In this document: positions 37,315 to 47,442 of the stretch, piece by piece
Position numbering within the stretch: position 1 is the first letter of the stretch
How the letters are laid out: the number at the start of each line of letters is the position of its first letter
Assembly: GCA_051306005.1 (NCBI GenBank)
Contig: JBPPMJ010000003.1
Span: forward strand, 249,396 to 313,395
Length of the DNA stretch: 64,000 bases
Reading direction: 5' to 3'
From: Minisyncoccota bacterium
Lineage (GTDB): Bacteria > Patescibacteriota > Minisyncoccia > Moranbacterales > UBA1568
The notes under the pieces: model-generated
Told to the model about the DNA's origin: nothing
Seen by the model: the letters and a program-made list of their open reading frames with translations, nothing else
Databases searched by the model: none
Translations under genes and position numbers: made by a program

Positions 37315-39300
37315 TTAAAATTCAGTGAGACGTTTATAAATATGGATATCATCTGAAACGTAGACGCGAGAAAATTTTGATGATTTTTCAAATTGTTTCG
37401 AATCAAATTTCGGATTAATAATGACAAAATTAACTCCCAGTTCATTATAGCATTTTTCACCTTTTGGAGTGTTTGGGACGGAAATCATTAAAAACGTACA
37501 TTGTTCACGAGATGGATTATCTTGGTAACGTTTGAAAAAACCGCGAGAGAGCGGATAGGCATAATCTTGCATAAAAAAAAGTTTTATCCAAGAATCAGCG
37601 ACGATATAATTATGATCTTTGAGAATAATGGCATCCGATGGCACAGTCTGTGCTAAATAATGAGATGCAGAAAAGGTCTGTACCGTTGCGGGAGCCTTAC
37701 TTGCTGGTAATAAGGATACACTGTTGTCAAACGAACCGTTGCTCATGACAAATAAAAACAGTATCCCACTTGTTAGTACAAAGAGATAGGAGGGAGAACG
37801 CAGAAGGTGCTTCTTAGATTGTGACAAAGCCAAGAAAGTCAGAGTGGCAAACGATGCGAGAATACCAAGCGGAAATGAAAGATAGGATCCGATGCGATTA
37901 GAAGGGATATCGATAAAGAGCCAGTGAGGAAAGAACGTCATCACGATCAAGATTCCGCTCCATCCTGCCAAAAAAGCGCCAGCATAGTTCATTTTTGGCA
38001 TTATAAAAAGAAGGATGATCATACCTATTACACCGAGCGCTACCCGAGCCTGACCAATAGATTCACTAATCTGTAAAAATGAAAGTCCGGTTCGTGTCGT
38101 TTTGGTGGGTGTACCTAAAGCGGTGCCAAAGGAATCAATGGAGATATATGTTGGCATGGCGATAAACAAGAAAAACAAACAAGCAAAAACAAACATACTT
38201 AATGGGGCAGGAGAAATAAAAAGTTTCCACCAAGAGAGAAGGATATCGGTGATAATGGGAAGGCGAATAACAAGAAAAATAAATACCGAGGCGAGGAGAA
38301 TAAATATGAGTATCAACATACTGAGATGATGCGTATAAGCAAGGGCAAAGGTAAAAAACATGCCCAGCGCCAAAAAATCAGAACGTTTCTCTTGAAAGGC
38401 ACGCAAATACGTTAAAATAATAAGTGGAATAAAAAAGTTACCAAATATGTTTCCCACTACTCCGCCTGAGACGAATTTTGCCTGTGGCGACGCCAGGGTA
38501 TACAGCGGACCAAAGAAAAACAACGTCACGAGTGCCACATTTGATGGTGTGAAAATTGATTTGAGCAATGAAGATGGTATAATCAAAGATTCTGCTAAGC
38601 GAAATGCGAGAACAAAAAGTGCTAATGTGCTGAATATATTGACAAACAACAAAAAAATTACCGGAAAAGCGGAAAAAAAATCTAGATGGGTAAAAATCTG
38701 TATGCCTGCAAAAGGTAAGTGTTCTCCGATGATAAAATCATCAATAGGTTGTGGAGCGGTCAATTGATAGTGTTCGTTTGCATCAGTTATGATTTCTTGT
38801 TTTTCGTATGTTGGGAGTGTGCCAGTTATGGTGATGTATTTGGCCCAATACATATGGTGCCCCAAATCAGTTGCTGTTGGAAGCACGGCATGAGCAAGAA
38901 AAAAAGTTTTAATCAAAATAGTGAGTCCTATTAGGAGTATGAAGAGAGTTTGTTGTCGGGCATTGAAAGGAATGTTGACAGTAGTTAACGGTAGTTGCGG
39001 TCTGTTTACATCAATTGGTCTGCAGTAACGATACAACAATTTGATAAGACCAAGACTTACCAGTACACTGATTGTGCCGAGCAAAATATTAGTCCGATTG
39101 AGTATGAAACCCACTGTTCCCAGAAAAATCATGAGAAAATCCAATAATCCGATGCTCAGGGCAAAAGAAAAGAGGAATGTTTCAAAAATGGATAAGGTGG
39201 TACGCCGTGGAAAAAAAATATGTAAAATAACCCATCCAGGAGCCATCAAAAGTCCACCAAGAGCAAGAAAAAACAGGCTAGTTTGAGAGATAAATTCCAT
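37315..39300 (-). CDS. Large polytopic membrane protein (about 16 or more TM helices + C-terminal soluble domain); possible GT-C/YfhO-like glycosyltransferase
   Basis: It is 661 aa and almost entirely hydrophobic helices. A loop reads LPTATDLGHHMYWAKY. The C-terminal approximately 130 aa are soluble. I cannot assign a family from motifs alone. Confidence 0.55.
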   Translation of the reverse strand: MEFISQTSLFFLALGGLLMAPGWVILHIFFPRRTTLSIFETFLFSFALSIGLLDFLMIFLGTVGFILNRTNILLGTISVLVSLGLIKLLYRYCRPIDVNRPQLPLTTVNIPFNARQQTLFILLIGLTILIKTFFLAHAVLPTATDLGHHMYWAKYITITGTLPTYEKQEIITDANEHYQLTAPQPIDDFIIGEHLPFAGIQIFTHLDFFSAFPVIFLLFVNIFSTLALFVLAFRLAESLIIPSSLLKSIFTPSNVALVTLFFFGPLYTLASPQAKFVSGGVVGNIFGNFFIPLIILTYLRAFQEKRSDFLALGMFFTFALAYTHHLSMLILIFILLASVFIFLVIRLPIITDILLSWWKLFISPAPLSMFVFACLFFLFIAMPTYISIDSFGTALGTPTKTTRTGLSFLQISESIGQARVALGVIGMIILLFIMPKMNYAGAFLAGWSGILIVMTFFPHWLFIDIPSNRIGSYLSFPLGILASFATLTFLALSQSKKHLLRSPSYLFVLTSGILFLFVMSNGSFDNSVSLLPASKAPATVQTFSASHYLAQTVPSDAIILKDHNYIVADSWIKLFFMQDYAYPLSRGFFKRYQDNPSREQCTFLMISVPNTPKGEKCYNELGVNFVIINPKFDSKQFEKSSKFSRVYVSDDIHIYKRLTEF

Positions 39301-39309
39301 ACGAAAACA

Positions 39310-40389
39310 CTACATATTTTTTTTTATAAACATTGCCAAGGCTTCGATATACAGACGAGAAATGATATTCCAATGATAGGTCATTTCTGTATAATGACGT
39401 GCACGATTTCCGAGTAATTTCCGTTCTTCTTCATTTTCAAAGAGTCTGATGATTTCTTGAATAAAAGACTCTGGATTTCCTGATTCCACCAAGAGACCAT
39501 TTTCTTTATGACGAATGGCATCGCGCAAACCCTCTAAATCAGAAGCGATGACTGGACGACCACAAGCAGACGCTTCAATAACGGCGATGCCAAAACCTTC
39601 CATATCATGAGGAACCTTGATGTTCGGTTGAACAAAAACATCGATGGTATTGAGTAGTAAATTGCGTTCAGTATCACTGACCTTGCCAAGTAAATAAACA
39701 CGATTTTGCAAAGCAGTTTCTCGGATAGCATTTTCAATCTGTTTTTTTTCCGGTCCATCACCCGCCAAAACGTAAAGTATTTTTTCGGGTAAATGTGGTA
39801 AAACAAAACGAATAAACCATTCCGCGCCCTTGCGTTTCGCAAGACGACCGCTCGTTAATAGAACAAATTTATCCGATAAGTTTTCGTGTAGAAAATCTGC
39901 AAGTTGATCTCGCGTGTACCGCCCTTGTACTGAGTCAGTGTCAATGCCATTATGCACGACCGTAATATTGTCTGCTGGAATGTGTTTGGCAATCGCTGAT
40001 TGGCGCGTTTCCTCACTTACTGCGATCAGTCCGTCTAAGGCTGGGAGAAAATGCCCGACCCACCACAGCTGATAAAAAGGATTTTTGTAGAGAATATCGA
40101 GTCCATGAATGACGGAAACAACAGTTTTTTTGGGAAAAAAGAGTTTGATGATCCAACCGACAATAGCCAGTACACCGTCGCCCAAAAGAATGACATCATA
40201 TCGACGAGCTTTCCATAGTGTTACTAATGTGACAAAGGGTAAAAACCAAAATAATGCTTTTTTGCCATGATGATTGGCAATAGTATCAGTAGGTTGCACA
40301 CGTTTGAGCCAAAGAGAGAGCGCATAATTCTGATTTTCTATACCACCGGTAACTGGTGGATAGGCACGTGAAATAAAGAGGATACGCAT
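39310..40389 (-). CDS. GT4-family glycosyltransferase
   Basis: It has MRILFISRAYPPVTGGIENQ and EGFGIAVIEASACGRPVIASDLEGLRDAIRHKENGLLVE. Confidence 0.85.
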   Translation of the reverse strand: MRILFISRAYPPVTGGIENQNYALSLWLKRVQPTDTIANHHGKKALFWFLPFVTLVTLWKARRYDVILLGDGVLAIVGWIIKLFFPKKTVVSVIHGLDILYKNPFYQLWWVGHFLPALDGLIAVSEETRQSAIAKHIPADNITVVHNGIDTDSVQGRYTRDQLADFLHENLSDKFVLLTSGRLAKRKGAEWFIRFVLPHLPEKILYVLAGDGPEKKQIENAIRETALQNRVYLLGKVSDTERNLLLNTIDVFVQPNIKVPHDMEGFGIAVIEASACGRPVIASDLEGLRDAIRHKENGLLVESGNPESFIQEIIRLFENEEERKLLGNRARHYTEMTYHWNIISRLYIEALAMFIKKNM

Positions 40390-40392
40390 AAT

Positions 40393-41346
40393 TTATTTCT
40401 TGTAACGTTCTTTTTTGACCTGGTACATCAGATCTTCGGTTAATTGTCGACTGGATTTTATCATATCGGCAATAAAAGCAAAAATAAGCAATTGAATGCC
40501 GATGATAAAAAGTACACTAGAAGTAAGTAAGTAGTTGAGATAGGGCGTTACCTTGAGTCCGCTCGTGAAATATTGAATGAAGAAAAGTATGAAGCCGAGT
40601 ACTGCCAAAAGAATAAGCAAGAAAGCCGGTGTACCAAAAAATTTCATTGGGCGGACATCACGTACCGCTTTCAAAATAATACGGAAACTGTTACTGACGT
40701 AGTTGAAAATACTTTTGACCACACGAGACTTACGTCCTGCAAAATAAGTAACTTCCACCGGCACCCACATTATTTTCAGATTTTTTCCTAGGGCATCAAT
40801 AATGGTTTCTTGTGTATACGTGAAATCGCCTGGTAAATTGAGACGCAGTAATGCCTCACGGTTATAGGCACGAAAACCACAGGTCAAATCTTTGATTTTT
40901 ACATTCATAAAACGACCGATAATGTATGCCGCGAAACGATTGAGAATATCCTTGACAATAGGGATGTCTTTGGCTTTCAAATGGTCAAAGCGATCAGCAC
41001 TGACCATATCCACTTGATTTGCCAGGATAGGTGCGATTATTTTGATAATGTCTTGGGGGTCGAATTGTCCATCGGCATCTATATTGACCATGAGATCGGC
41101 ACCATTTTCCAATGCGCGTTCCACTGCGTGACGAAAGGTTTTTCCGATTCCGCGATTGACTCCGTTGGAATAGACAAAATCTGCTCCTGCTTCTTGAGCG
41201 ACAATATAAGTACGGTCTTTGGAGCCATCATCGATGACTTGTACGAGTACTTTACTAATGCCAGGTATTTGGCGCGGAATTCTTTGAATAGTGCTTGCGA
41301 TCTTTTCTTCTTCATTATAGGCCGGTAAATTGACAATAAGACGCAT
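40393..41346 (-). CDS. Polyprenyl-phosphate glycosyltransferase (GT2, DPM1/GtrB-like with C-terminal TM helices)
   Basis: The GT2 core is MRLIVNLPAYNEEEKI…VQVIDDGSKDRT…NRGIGKTFRHAV…LMVNIDADGQFDPQDI. The C-terminal hydrophobic helices are FFGTPAFLLILLAVLGFILFFI and SSVLFIIGIQLLIFAFIADMI. Confidence 0.8.
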   Translation of the reverse strand: MRLIVNLPAYNEEEKIASTIQRIPRQIPGISKVLVQVIDDGSKDRTYIVAQEAGADFVYSNGVNRGIGKTFRHAVERALENGADLMVNIDADGQFDPQDIIKIIAPILANQVDMVSADRFDHLKAKDIPIVKDILNRFAAYIIGRFMNVKIKDLTCGFRAYNREALLRLNLPGDFTYTQETIIDALGKNLKIMWVPVEVTYFAGRKSRVVKSIFNYVSNSFRIILKAVRDVRPMKFFGTPAFLLILLAVLGFILFFIQYFTSGLKVTPYLNYLLTSSVLFIIGIQLLIFAFIADMIKSSRQLTEDLMYQVKKERYKK

Positions 41347-41350
41347 ACGC

Positions 41351-41590
41351 TTATTTTTTTTGAATTAAAAATTTTGGATTCACGCATTGAAAATCACAGG
41401 TTTCTTTGGCTCCATCAAGACCAGTTTTGAGAAGATCTTTTTGGCATTGTGTCAGATGCTCCTGGCACGTAGATTTACTTGCCTCAAAATAGCGTGTATT
41501 GATCTCGTAACCGAAATAGGGTAACGCAAAATAAGCAATAGTGATAACACCAGCCCCCCATACAATAAGTCGTAAAAGTCCCAAAATCAT
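41351..41590 (-). CDS. Small membrane protein with an extracytoplasmic 4-Cys segment
   Basis: It has an N-terminal TM helix (LLRLIVWGAGVITIAYFALPYF) followed by CQEHLTQC…CDFQC. Confidence 0.4.
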   Translation of the reverse strand: MILGLLRLIVWGAGVITIAYFALPYFGYEINTRYFEASKSTCQEHLTQCQKDLLKTGLDGAKETCDFQCVNPKFLIQKK

Positions 41591-41593
41591 ACA

Positions 41594-42880
41594 TTAACGA
41601 CCGATACCTCGATAGATTATGCCAGATTTTATGAATGCGTCTTTATCAAGGCAATTTTTACCATCCACGATAACTTTGATATTATATTTTTTGAGTAACA
41701 CCGGTGTAATCAATTCCTTGAATTCACGATGATCGGTCGCCAAAATGAGCGCGTGTGATTTCTTGAGCAGAGTTTCCAAAGATTTGACAGTAGAATGACT
41801 TTTGACATGCGGATCAAAGGTCTCGATACGACACCAGTGTTGCTTGAGGTAAGTCATAATCTTGAGAGAAGGAGATTCCCGCAAATCATCAACATTGGCC
41901 TTGTAAGAAAGTCCGAGGATACCAATGACCGTACCATTCATCGGCATCTTGTTTTCATTGAGAGCATCCTGTAAACGTTCAACCGTATATTCAGGCATAC
42001 CGTCATTGGTCTCAATAGCGAGTTTCAGAAATTGGTGATTGAAACCAGATTCCTTGGCACGTTCTACGAGATAGTGCGGATCGACTGGGATACAATGTCC
42101 GCCCACTCCACAGGAAGGATAATGTGCCATAAAGGCAAATGGTTTGGTTGCGGCGCCCTCAATAACGTCTTTGATGTCGATATCGAGTTTGTCAAATGAA
42201 CGAGCAATCTCATTAACGAAAGCGATATTGATGTTGCGGAATGAATTTTCGAGAATTTTTACGGCTTCTGCTTCGCGAATAGTTTTCATAGGACGGACCT
42301 CAGCATCCACGATGGAACGGTAGAAATGCAGTGCCATTGCCAAGCCTTTTTTCTCAAATGAACCAACTACACGGGGAATATTGGTGACATTCCATCGCAC
42401 ATCACCAGGGTTGATGCGTTCTGGACAGTGTGCAATAAAAATATCTTTACCGACTGTAAAACCATGTTTCTGAAAAATAGGCAGGATGACTTCTTCGGAA
42501 ACATGCGGATTGACGGTTGATTCCAAAATAACCAGAGCACCTTTTTTGGTATGGGTTGCGATAAGCTCTGTTGCATTAATAACCGCACTGAGATCAGGAT
42601 GATGCGCCGTGTCTACTGGTGTCGGTACACAGATAATATGAATATCGGCAGAAACGATGTCCTTAGATTCACTGGTCGTCCTGAATGGATATTTTAAGAG
42701 ATTTTCTTTGAGAAAATCGTCCTTGAAAATATGTTCGCCTTTTTTGAGCATGCTGATCTTGTTTTTGTCGATATCAAAACCGATAACCTCATAATTTTTT
42801 TCTTGGGCCCGAACTGCCAGAGGAAGCCCCACATAACCTAGCCCGACAATCGATACGATTTTTGGCATATACTTTTCCAT
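41594..42880 (-). CDS. Nucleotide-sugar dehydrogenase (UDP-N-acetyl-D-mannosamine/-glucosamine 6-dehydrogenase family, WecC/WbpA-like)
   Basis: The N-terminus is KIVSIVGLGYVGLPLAV, Rossmann NAD binding. It has ICVPTPV and the catalytic Cys in PSCGVGGHCIPVDP. The C-terminal domain has GTVIGILGLSYKANVDDLRESP. Confidence 0.85.
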   Translation of the reverse strand: MEKYMPKIVSIVGLGYVGLPLAVRAQEKNYEVIGFDIDKNKISMLKKGEHIFKDDFLKENLLKYPFRTTSESKDIVSADIHIICVPTPVDTAHHPDLSAVINATELIATHTKKGALVILESTVNPHVSEEVILPIFQKHGFTVGKDIFIAHCPERINPGDVRWNVTNIPRVVGSFEKKGLAMALHFYRSIVDAEVRPMKTIREAEAVKILENSFRNINIAFVNEIARSFDKLDIDIKDVIEGAATKPFAFMAHYPSCGVGGHCIPVDPHYLVERAKESGFNHQFLKLAIETNDGMPEYTVERLQDALNENKMPMNGTVIGILGLSYKANVDDLRESPSLKIMTYLKQHWCRIETFDPHVKSHSTVKSLETLLKKSHALILATDHREFKELITPVLLKKYNIKVIVDGKNCLDKDAFIKSGIIYRGIGR

Positions 42881-43147
42881 AAAATAACACTTACTGGATA
42901 GAATTATCTCACCGCTTTTCTCATTATAGAGAAGAGGCTGTTTTTTAGCAAATCAAAAATGTCTTTTTATAGATTGATCGTGTATCTTTTTCTTGCCTTT
43001 TTTATTTATCCTTGACTTTGAGAGAATACTATGCCATTATATTATATCAGCAGAGATTTTTGTTGATAGTTTTGTTAACAATGTATGCAACATGATTGGT
43101 TCCATAATAGTCCGCCACATAAGGCAAAAACACCAAGGAGAAATGCG

Positions 43148-43519
43148 ATGAATATGCTCAGTATTTTGTATCATCACTATATGGGCTTGATAATGCGCCA
43201 TAAGTGGATATCTCTACAAAAAACCGAAACATCGCCGTTTGTACAACAACCTATTGTTTCCCTGCAGAATATTATTCGACGTACTACCCCTTATCAGGAG
43301 TTGTGTTGTGAAATCATTAACGCTTTGAAAAAAATCGATGACTTAGTCGTCGTCTGTCATGATCCTCTGGGGGCTGTCACTGGTGATGAATGTGAAAGGC
43401 AAAAACATGCCAACGCACAGCTGATTTTTGCGTTGGAACATGAACAAGTCTCACTCACTGAACTTTTGGAACTGGCAGATTTATTGTGGGAAATTGGTGT
43501 TTGGGTGGTAGAACCGTAA
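43148..43519 (+). CDS. Hypothetical small protein (ORFan-like)
   Basis: An AAGGAG Shine-Dalgarno lies 7 nt upstream of the ATG at 43148 (MNMLSILYHHY…). The track ORF starts further upstream, at 43085. I recognise no motif. Confidence 0.45.
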   Translation: MNMLSILYHHYMGLIMRHKWISLQKTETSPFVQQPIVSLQNIIRRTTPYQELCCEIINALKKIDDLVVVCHDPLGAVTGDECERQKHANAQLIFALEHEQVSLTELLELADLLWEIGVWVVEP

Positions 43520-43539
43520 AGAAACGAGGAGGAATACTT

Positions 43540-43848
43540 ATGTCAGTCACAACATTATCCGGTGAACGTCTACTGGCAATGGCACCACTGTGGGCAAAAT
43601 TGCAGGATATTCAGAAAATTCATTGGGTTAATGGGTATATCAAAGAACTGCGTTTTTTGAGTGAATCACATGGCAATCGGGTGGTCCTTAAACTCGATAA
43701 TGGCGCCTTGATTCTATTGGAGCATGGTGACGTGATCGATCACAGATTTGCTGTTGACAGCCATATCAAGGGATTTCTGGTGGAATATGAAGTTTACGAG
43801 TTAGGACGATTTTATTCCACCATCAATTTTTTTACATCACATGATTAA
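43540..43848 (+). CDS. Hypothetical small protein (ORFan-like)
   Basis: A GAGGAGG Shine-Dalgarno lies 7 nt upstream of the ATG at 43540 (MSVTTLSGERLL…). The gene is followed by a terminator. Confidence 0.5.
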   Translation: MSVTTLSGERLLAMAPLWAKLQDIQKIHWVNGYIKELRFLSESHGNRVVLKLDNGALILLEHGDVIDHRFAVDSHIKGFLVEYEVYELGRFYSTINFFTSHD

Positions 43849-43873
43849 AATGATGTTGTGAACTTATGCAGTA

Positions 43874-43909
43874 GGGCAGTTTATACATAGTTATAGACTG
43901 CCCTTTTTT
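43874..43909 (+). terminator. Rho-independent terminator after the small-gene pair
   Basis: The stem is gggcagt / actgccc (43874-43880 / 43897-43903), followed by TTTTTT. Confidence 0.55.
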
Positions 43910-44064
43910 ATGTGTATTTTCCGTAACTTTTCTCATAATGTCATTGTGCGGGAGTGGCACTTGAGTTGTTTGAGAAAAAATAGCATTCTTTTTTTTGTTG
44001 GCTTTATTTTTAGGAAAGAGTACAATTGATTTCATGAGAATTCTGAGACATTACTTGTGACAAT

Positions 44065-44667
44065 ATGTTCCTTACCGAGAAAATAGATCTGGCAATTAAA
44101 AAGGCGACTCTTTTGCATCAGGGACAGACGCGCAAGGGGAGTGAAACTCCTTATATCGTTCATCCGTATGCAGTCGCTTTCCTTTTAGCTCATCACACCA
44201 ATGATGAGGATGTTATTATTGCCGGGCTCTTACACGATGTTTTGGAAGATGTGCCGACATATAGTGCTGATGATATGCGCAAAGATTTCGGAGAACGCGT
44301 GACCTCTATTGTCTTGGAGGTGACCGAAGTATTTACTAAAGCTGAACAGCAAGATCATGCACTTCGACGTGCTTCTTGGAAAATGCGCAAGGACAATTAT
44401 CTGAATCGTTTGCAGACGGATAGCAAAGAAGCCTTGCTTGTCGTAATGGCGGATAAAATACATAATATACGTTCATTACTGCATATGTATCAGACATCCG
44501 ATAGTAATCTGTCGCAGTATTTCAACGCGAACATTGATAACCTTCTTTGGTTTTATGGTGAAGTGGTGCGTATTACTCGGACTCGTTTGGATCACCCGCT
44601 AGTAGATGAGTTACAAAAAACTTTTGAAGAAGTGCGCGATACTCTCGTCCAAAAACGTATCTTTTGA
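44065..44667 (+). CDS. HD-domain phosphohydrolase (small RelA/SpoT-type (p)ppGpp-hydrolase-like)
   Basis: It has H…HD in HPYAVAFLLAHHTNDEDVIIAGLLHDVLEDV. At about 200 aa it has no synthetase domain. Confidence 0.7.
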   Translation: MFLTEKIDLAIKKATLLHQGQTRKGSETPYIVHPYAVAFLLAHHTNDEDVIIAGLLHDVLEDVPTYSADDMRKDFGERVTSIVLEVTEVFTKAEQQDHALRRASWKMRKDNYLNRLQTDSKEALLVVMADKIHNIRSLLHMYQTSDSNLSQYFNANIDNLLWFYGEVVRITRTRLDHPLVDELQKTFEEVRDTLVQKRIF

Positions 44668-44681
44668 TATACTGATACCAT

Positions 44682-45830
44682 ATGCGTATTGGTATCAATG
44701 CTTCATTTTTACGCAAACCGGGTACCGGCATCGGTCAGGTAACCCTGTCTTTTTTGCGGACCCTGACCGAATTGCCTGAATATACCAAAGATCATCAGTG
44801 GATTCTTTATTGTGAGGCTGAGCCATCCCTGTCATTTGTATTGCCATCAAATTTTCAGGTTATAGTATTTCTACCGATGTGGAAACGGGATGATATATTG
44901 CGTAAAATATGGTGGGAACACCAGGTTGGCAAAAAAGCGATAAAGGATGGATGCGAGATATTTCTCAGTCTTTATCAGTCAGGGGTGCGGATGAGGGGGC
45001 ATAGTACGCATGTGATGATTGTACATGATATTATTCCCAATCTTTTTCCGCTGTACCGTGGCAATATGCGACAAGCATACTATTGGAACACAGTCGAACG
45101 AGGTATTCTTTCCGCACATCACCTCGTTGCTGTTTCAGAACATACTAAAAATGATATTGTCCGCATCCTTGATGTTGTTTCTGATAACGTCAGTGTCGCT
45201 TATCCTGACGTATCCCCGATGTTTCGAACATTGCTTTCTCTTAATCAAAGAAAAATGGTTTTGCAAAAATATACCCTTCAAGCTGGTTATATTTATCATG
45301 GTGGGGGATTGGAAATTCGTAAAAATACCGCTCATGTCTTACATACGTATGCCAAACTTGTGTCTGAAACAACGAATGTAGATATTCCTCCATTGGTTAT
45401 TTCTGGTAACATATTTTCTGTCAAAAATGCATTAGCGACTGATGTTGTCGGTCTTATACGGACATTGGGTATAGAACACCGTGTGCATCTTTTGGGTTTC
45501 GTACCAGCAGAAGATTTACCGGCACTTTATCAATCAGCCCTTTTTTTTGTTTACCCGTCATTGTATGAAGGTTTTGGACTGCCGGTTCTTGAAGCACTCA
45601 ACAGTGGTGTGCCAGTCATTACGTCAAACGCCTCGGCTTTGCCAGAAGTCGGAGGAGACGCTGTTGTGTATGTGGATGCTGAGAATAGGGAAATGCTTGT
45701 CGAACAAATGAAGCGCTTGATAGGAGATACGGCTTTGCGTGCTGAATTGATGAGGCAAGGTCTTGTGCAGGCCCAAAAATTCAATTGGCAATATTTTACG
45801 CTCCATATTCTCAAGACACTGATTCGCTAA
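44682..45830 (+). CDS. GT4-family glycosyltransferase
   Basis: It has YEGFGLPVLEALNSGVPVITSNASALPEVGGDAVVYVD. Confidence 0.85.
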   Translation: MRIGINASFLRKPGTGIGQVTLSFLRTLTELPEYTKDHQWILYCEAEPSLSFVLPSNFQVIVFLPMWKRDDILRKIWWEHQVGKKAIKDGCEIFLSLYQSGVRMRGHSTHVMIVHDIIPNLFPLYRGNMRQAYYWNTVERGILSAHHLVAVSEHTKNDIVRILDVVSDNVSVAYPDVSPMFRTLLSLNQRKMVLQKYTLQAGYIYHGGGLEIRKNTAHVLHTYAKLVSETTNVDIPPLVISGNIFSVKNALATDVVGLIRTLGIEHRVHLLGFVPAEDLPALYQSALFFVYPSLYEGFGLPVLEALNSGVPVITSNASALPEVGGDAVVYVDAENREMLVEQMKRLIGDTALRAELMRQGLVQAQKFNWQYFTLHILKTLIR

Positions 45831-45840
45831 TTTTTTCTTT

Positions 45841-47442
45841 ATGCTAGCATATACTGCCATCATTTCTTTACTTCCCCAATGGAATGCCAACAAGATTCGT
45901 TTGGTGTGTGCCAACATGGTCATTGGAATCTTACTTATCATTTGTTCTTTTTTTGGTGTTTTTCCGCTTGCTCCGATTAACTTTCTTTTCTTTTCATTCG
46001 TTTTGTTGTTGCTTGGTTTGTATCGGCCAGGTTGGTTTTTTTTGCTGATAGTTGGTATGTTGCCCTATGAAAGCATCAATATGGCTCCAGTGGGAATGAT
46101 CTTCACGTTGCGACCATATCAGTGGTTGTTGTTTTTGTTTATTCCCGCTTTGTGTATCCGTCTTTTTTTTCGACGTTTTCCCGTTGAGACATTCCGTCCG
46201 CACCTTTTGGATATGCTCCCTACTTTTCTCATCATTGGATCATTCCTCTCAGCACTCACGAGTGAAAACGTTTCCCTAGCAATGAGACAGAGTGTTATTC
46301 TTTTGACTTTTTTGATGTTGTATTTTATGGGGCGTATTTTTGTTCGTTCTTATCAAGATATACGCATGATTTTACCCTTCATTCTCTCTTCGGGTGTGAT
46401 TATTGCAATCTATGCCATCATTCAGAATAGTTTGTCGCTCTTTGGATATGCTAATTTGGCTGTTATGACCGGTAGACCAAACGCTGTTTTTACAGAAGCG
46501 GATTGGTTGGGAGGCTATCTTGCCGTCATTATCACTATCCTCACGTCTCTCATTATTATTCCAAAACCAGTGACACAAAATACGTCATTGCGCTGTACAC
46601 GGAGTGTTCTGGCACTCCTTCTTTGGCTCTGTTTTACCGCACTCATTATCACGGTCAGTCGCAGTGCTTGGCTCGCCACCGTTGGCGCTCTTACTTTTTT
46701 GCTTCTTGTTACCTTTTGGCAAAGAGGAGGGCTTGGTGCCTGGTATTTCCATAACATGTATGTACTGAAAAGAATGTTTTTTTTGCAGAGTTTTATTACT
46801 GTACCGTTTTTGCTTGCCATGAGTGTGGTGATTATCTTTCATCTCACGCCGTTTGATTTGTTTGACAGGAGCAAAAGCGTGGTTTCTGGAGAGCAAAAAA
46901 TTACTGTTTCTTGTCAACAGCCTGTCGTACTACCGGAAAAAATAAATTCGTTGGAAGAGTTGTCACTGTATCATTGTGGTCATATTCAATTGGAAAACAA
47001 GGATATTGAAATGCTAACTGGAAAATATGTCACGGAAGTAAAACGAGATGATCCCAATATCAATATCCGGCAAGATATTTATGCACGATCCTTCTCTCTT
47101 CTCAAAGAACATTGGGTGATGGGGATTGGTTTCGGTATTATCTCACAATATCTCGGAACTGATGGTCGTGGTGCTGGACTCAATGCCAGCAATCTCTTTT
47201 TGGAGGTTTGGTTGGGAGCAGGAATTATTGGATTTTTAGCATTCACGGCATTTTGGTTTTGGCTCGGTTTGTATTGGATATATCGTGGTATTATTGATGC
47301 GCCTCTTTTCGGTACAGCTCTCAGCGCGGTGTGGGTGGCGACAACATTGTTTAATGTCTTTAATTCAGGATTATTTTTGGGCTGGCTCTTTTTGTTAATG
47401 GCTTGCCTCATGATTTCATATTTTTCTTATGACCAACGTTAA
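45841..47442 (+). CDS. O-antigen ligase/polymerase family (Wzy_C-like) polytopic membrane protein
   Basis: It has about 12 TM helices. The conserved-type loop is ITVSRSAWLATVGALTFLL. A large extracytoplasmic loop is also present (…VVSGEQKITVSCQQPVV…). Confidence 0.6.
   Translation: MLAYTAIISLLPQWNANKIRLVCANMVIGILLIICSFFGVFPLAPINFLFFSFVLLLLGLYRPGWFFLLIVGMLPYESINMAPVGMIFTLRPYQWLLFLFIPALCIRLFFRRFPVETFRPHLLDMLPTFLIIGSFLSALTSENVSLAMRQSVILLTFLMLYFMGRIFVRSYQDIRMILPFILSSGVIIAIYAIIQNSLSLFGYANLAVMTGRPNAVFTEADWLGGYLAVIITILTSLIIIPKPVTQNTSLRCTRSVLALLLWLCFTALIITVSRSAWLATVGALTFLLLVTFWQRGGLGAWYFHNMYVLKRMFFLQSFITVPFLLAMSVVIIFHLTPFDLFDRSKSVVSGEQKITVSCQQPVVLPEKINSLEELSLYHCGHIQLENKDIEMLTGKYVTEVKRDDPNINIRQDIYARSFSLLKEHWVMGIGFGIISQYLGTDGRGAGLNASNLFLEVWLGAGIIGFLAFTAFWFWLGLYWIYRGIIDAPLFGTALSAVWVATTLFNVFNSGLFLGWLFLLMACLMISYFSYDQR

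Noticed and set aside
42881-43147. Possible promoter TTGACT…TACTAT/TATTAT in the divergent intergenic region upstream of the small-gene pair.
   Set aside because: Spacer lengths of 9 or 20 nt do not fit sigma70 geometry, so I do not report it as a feature.
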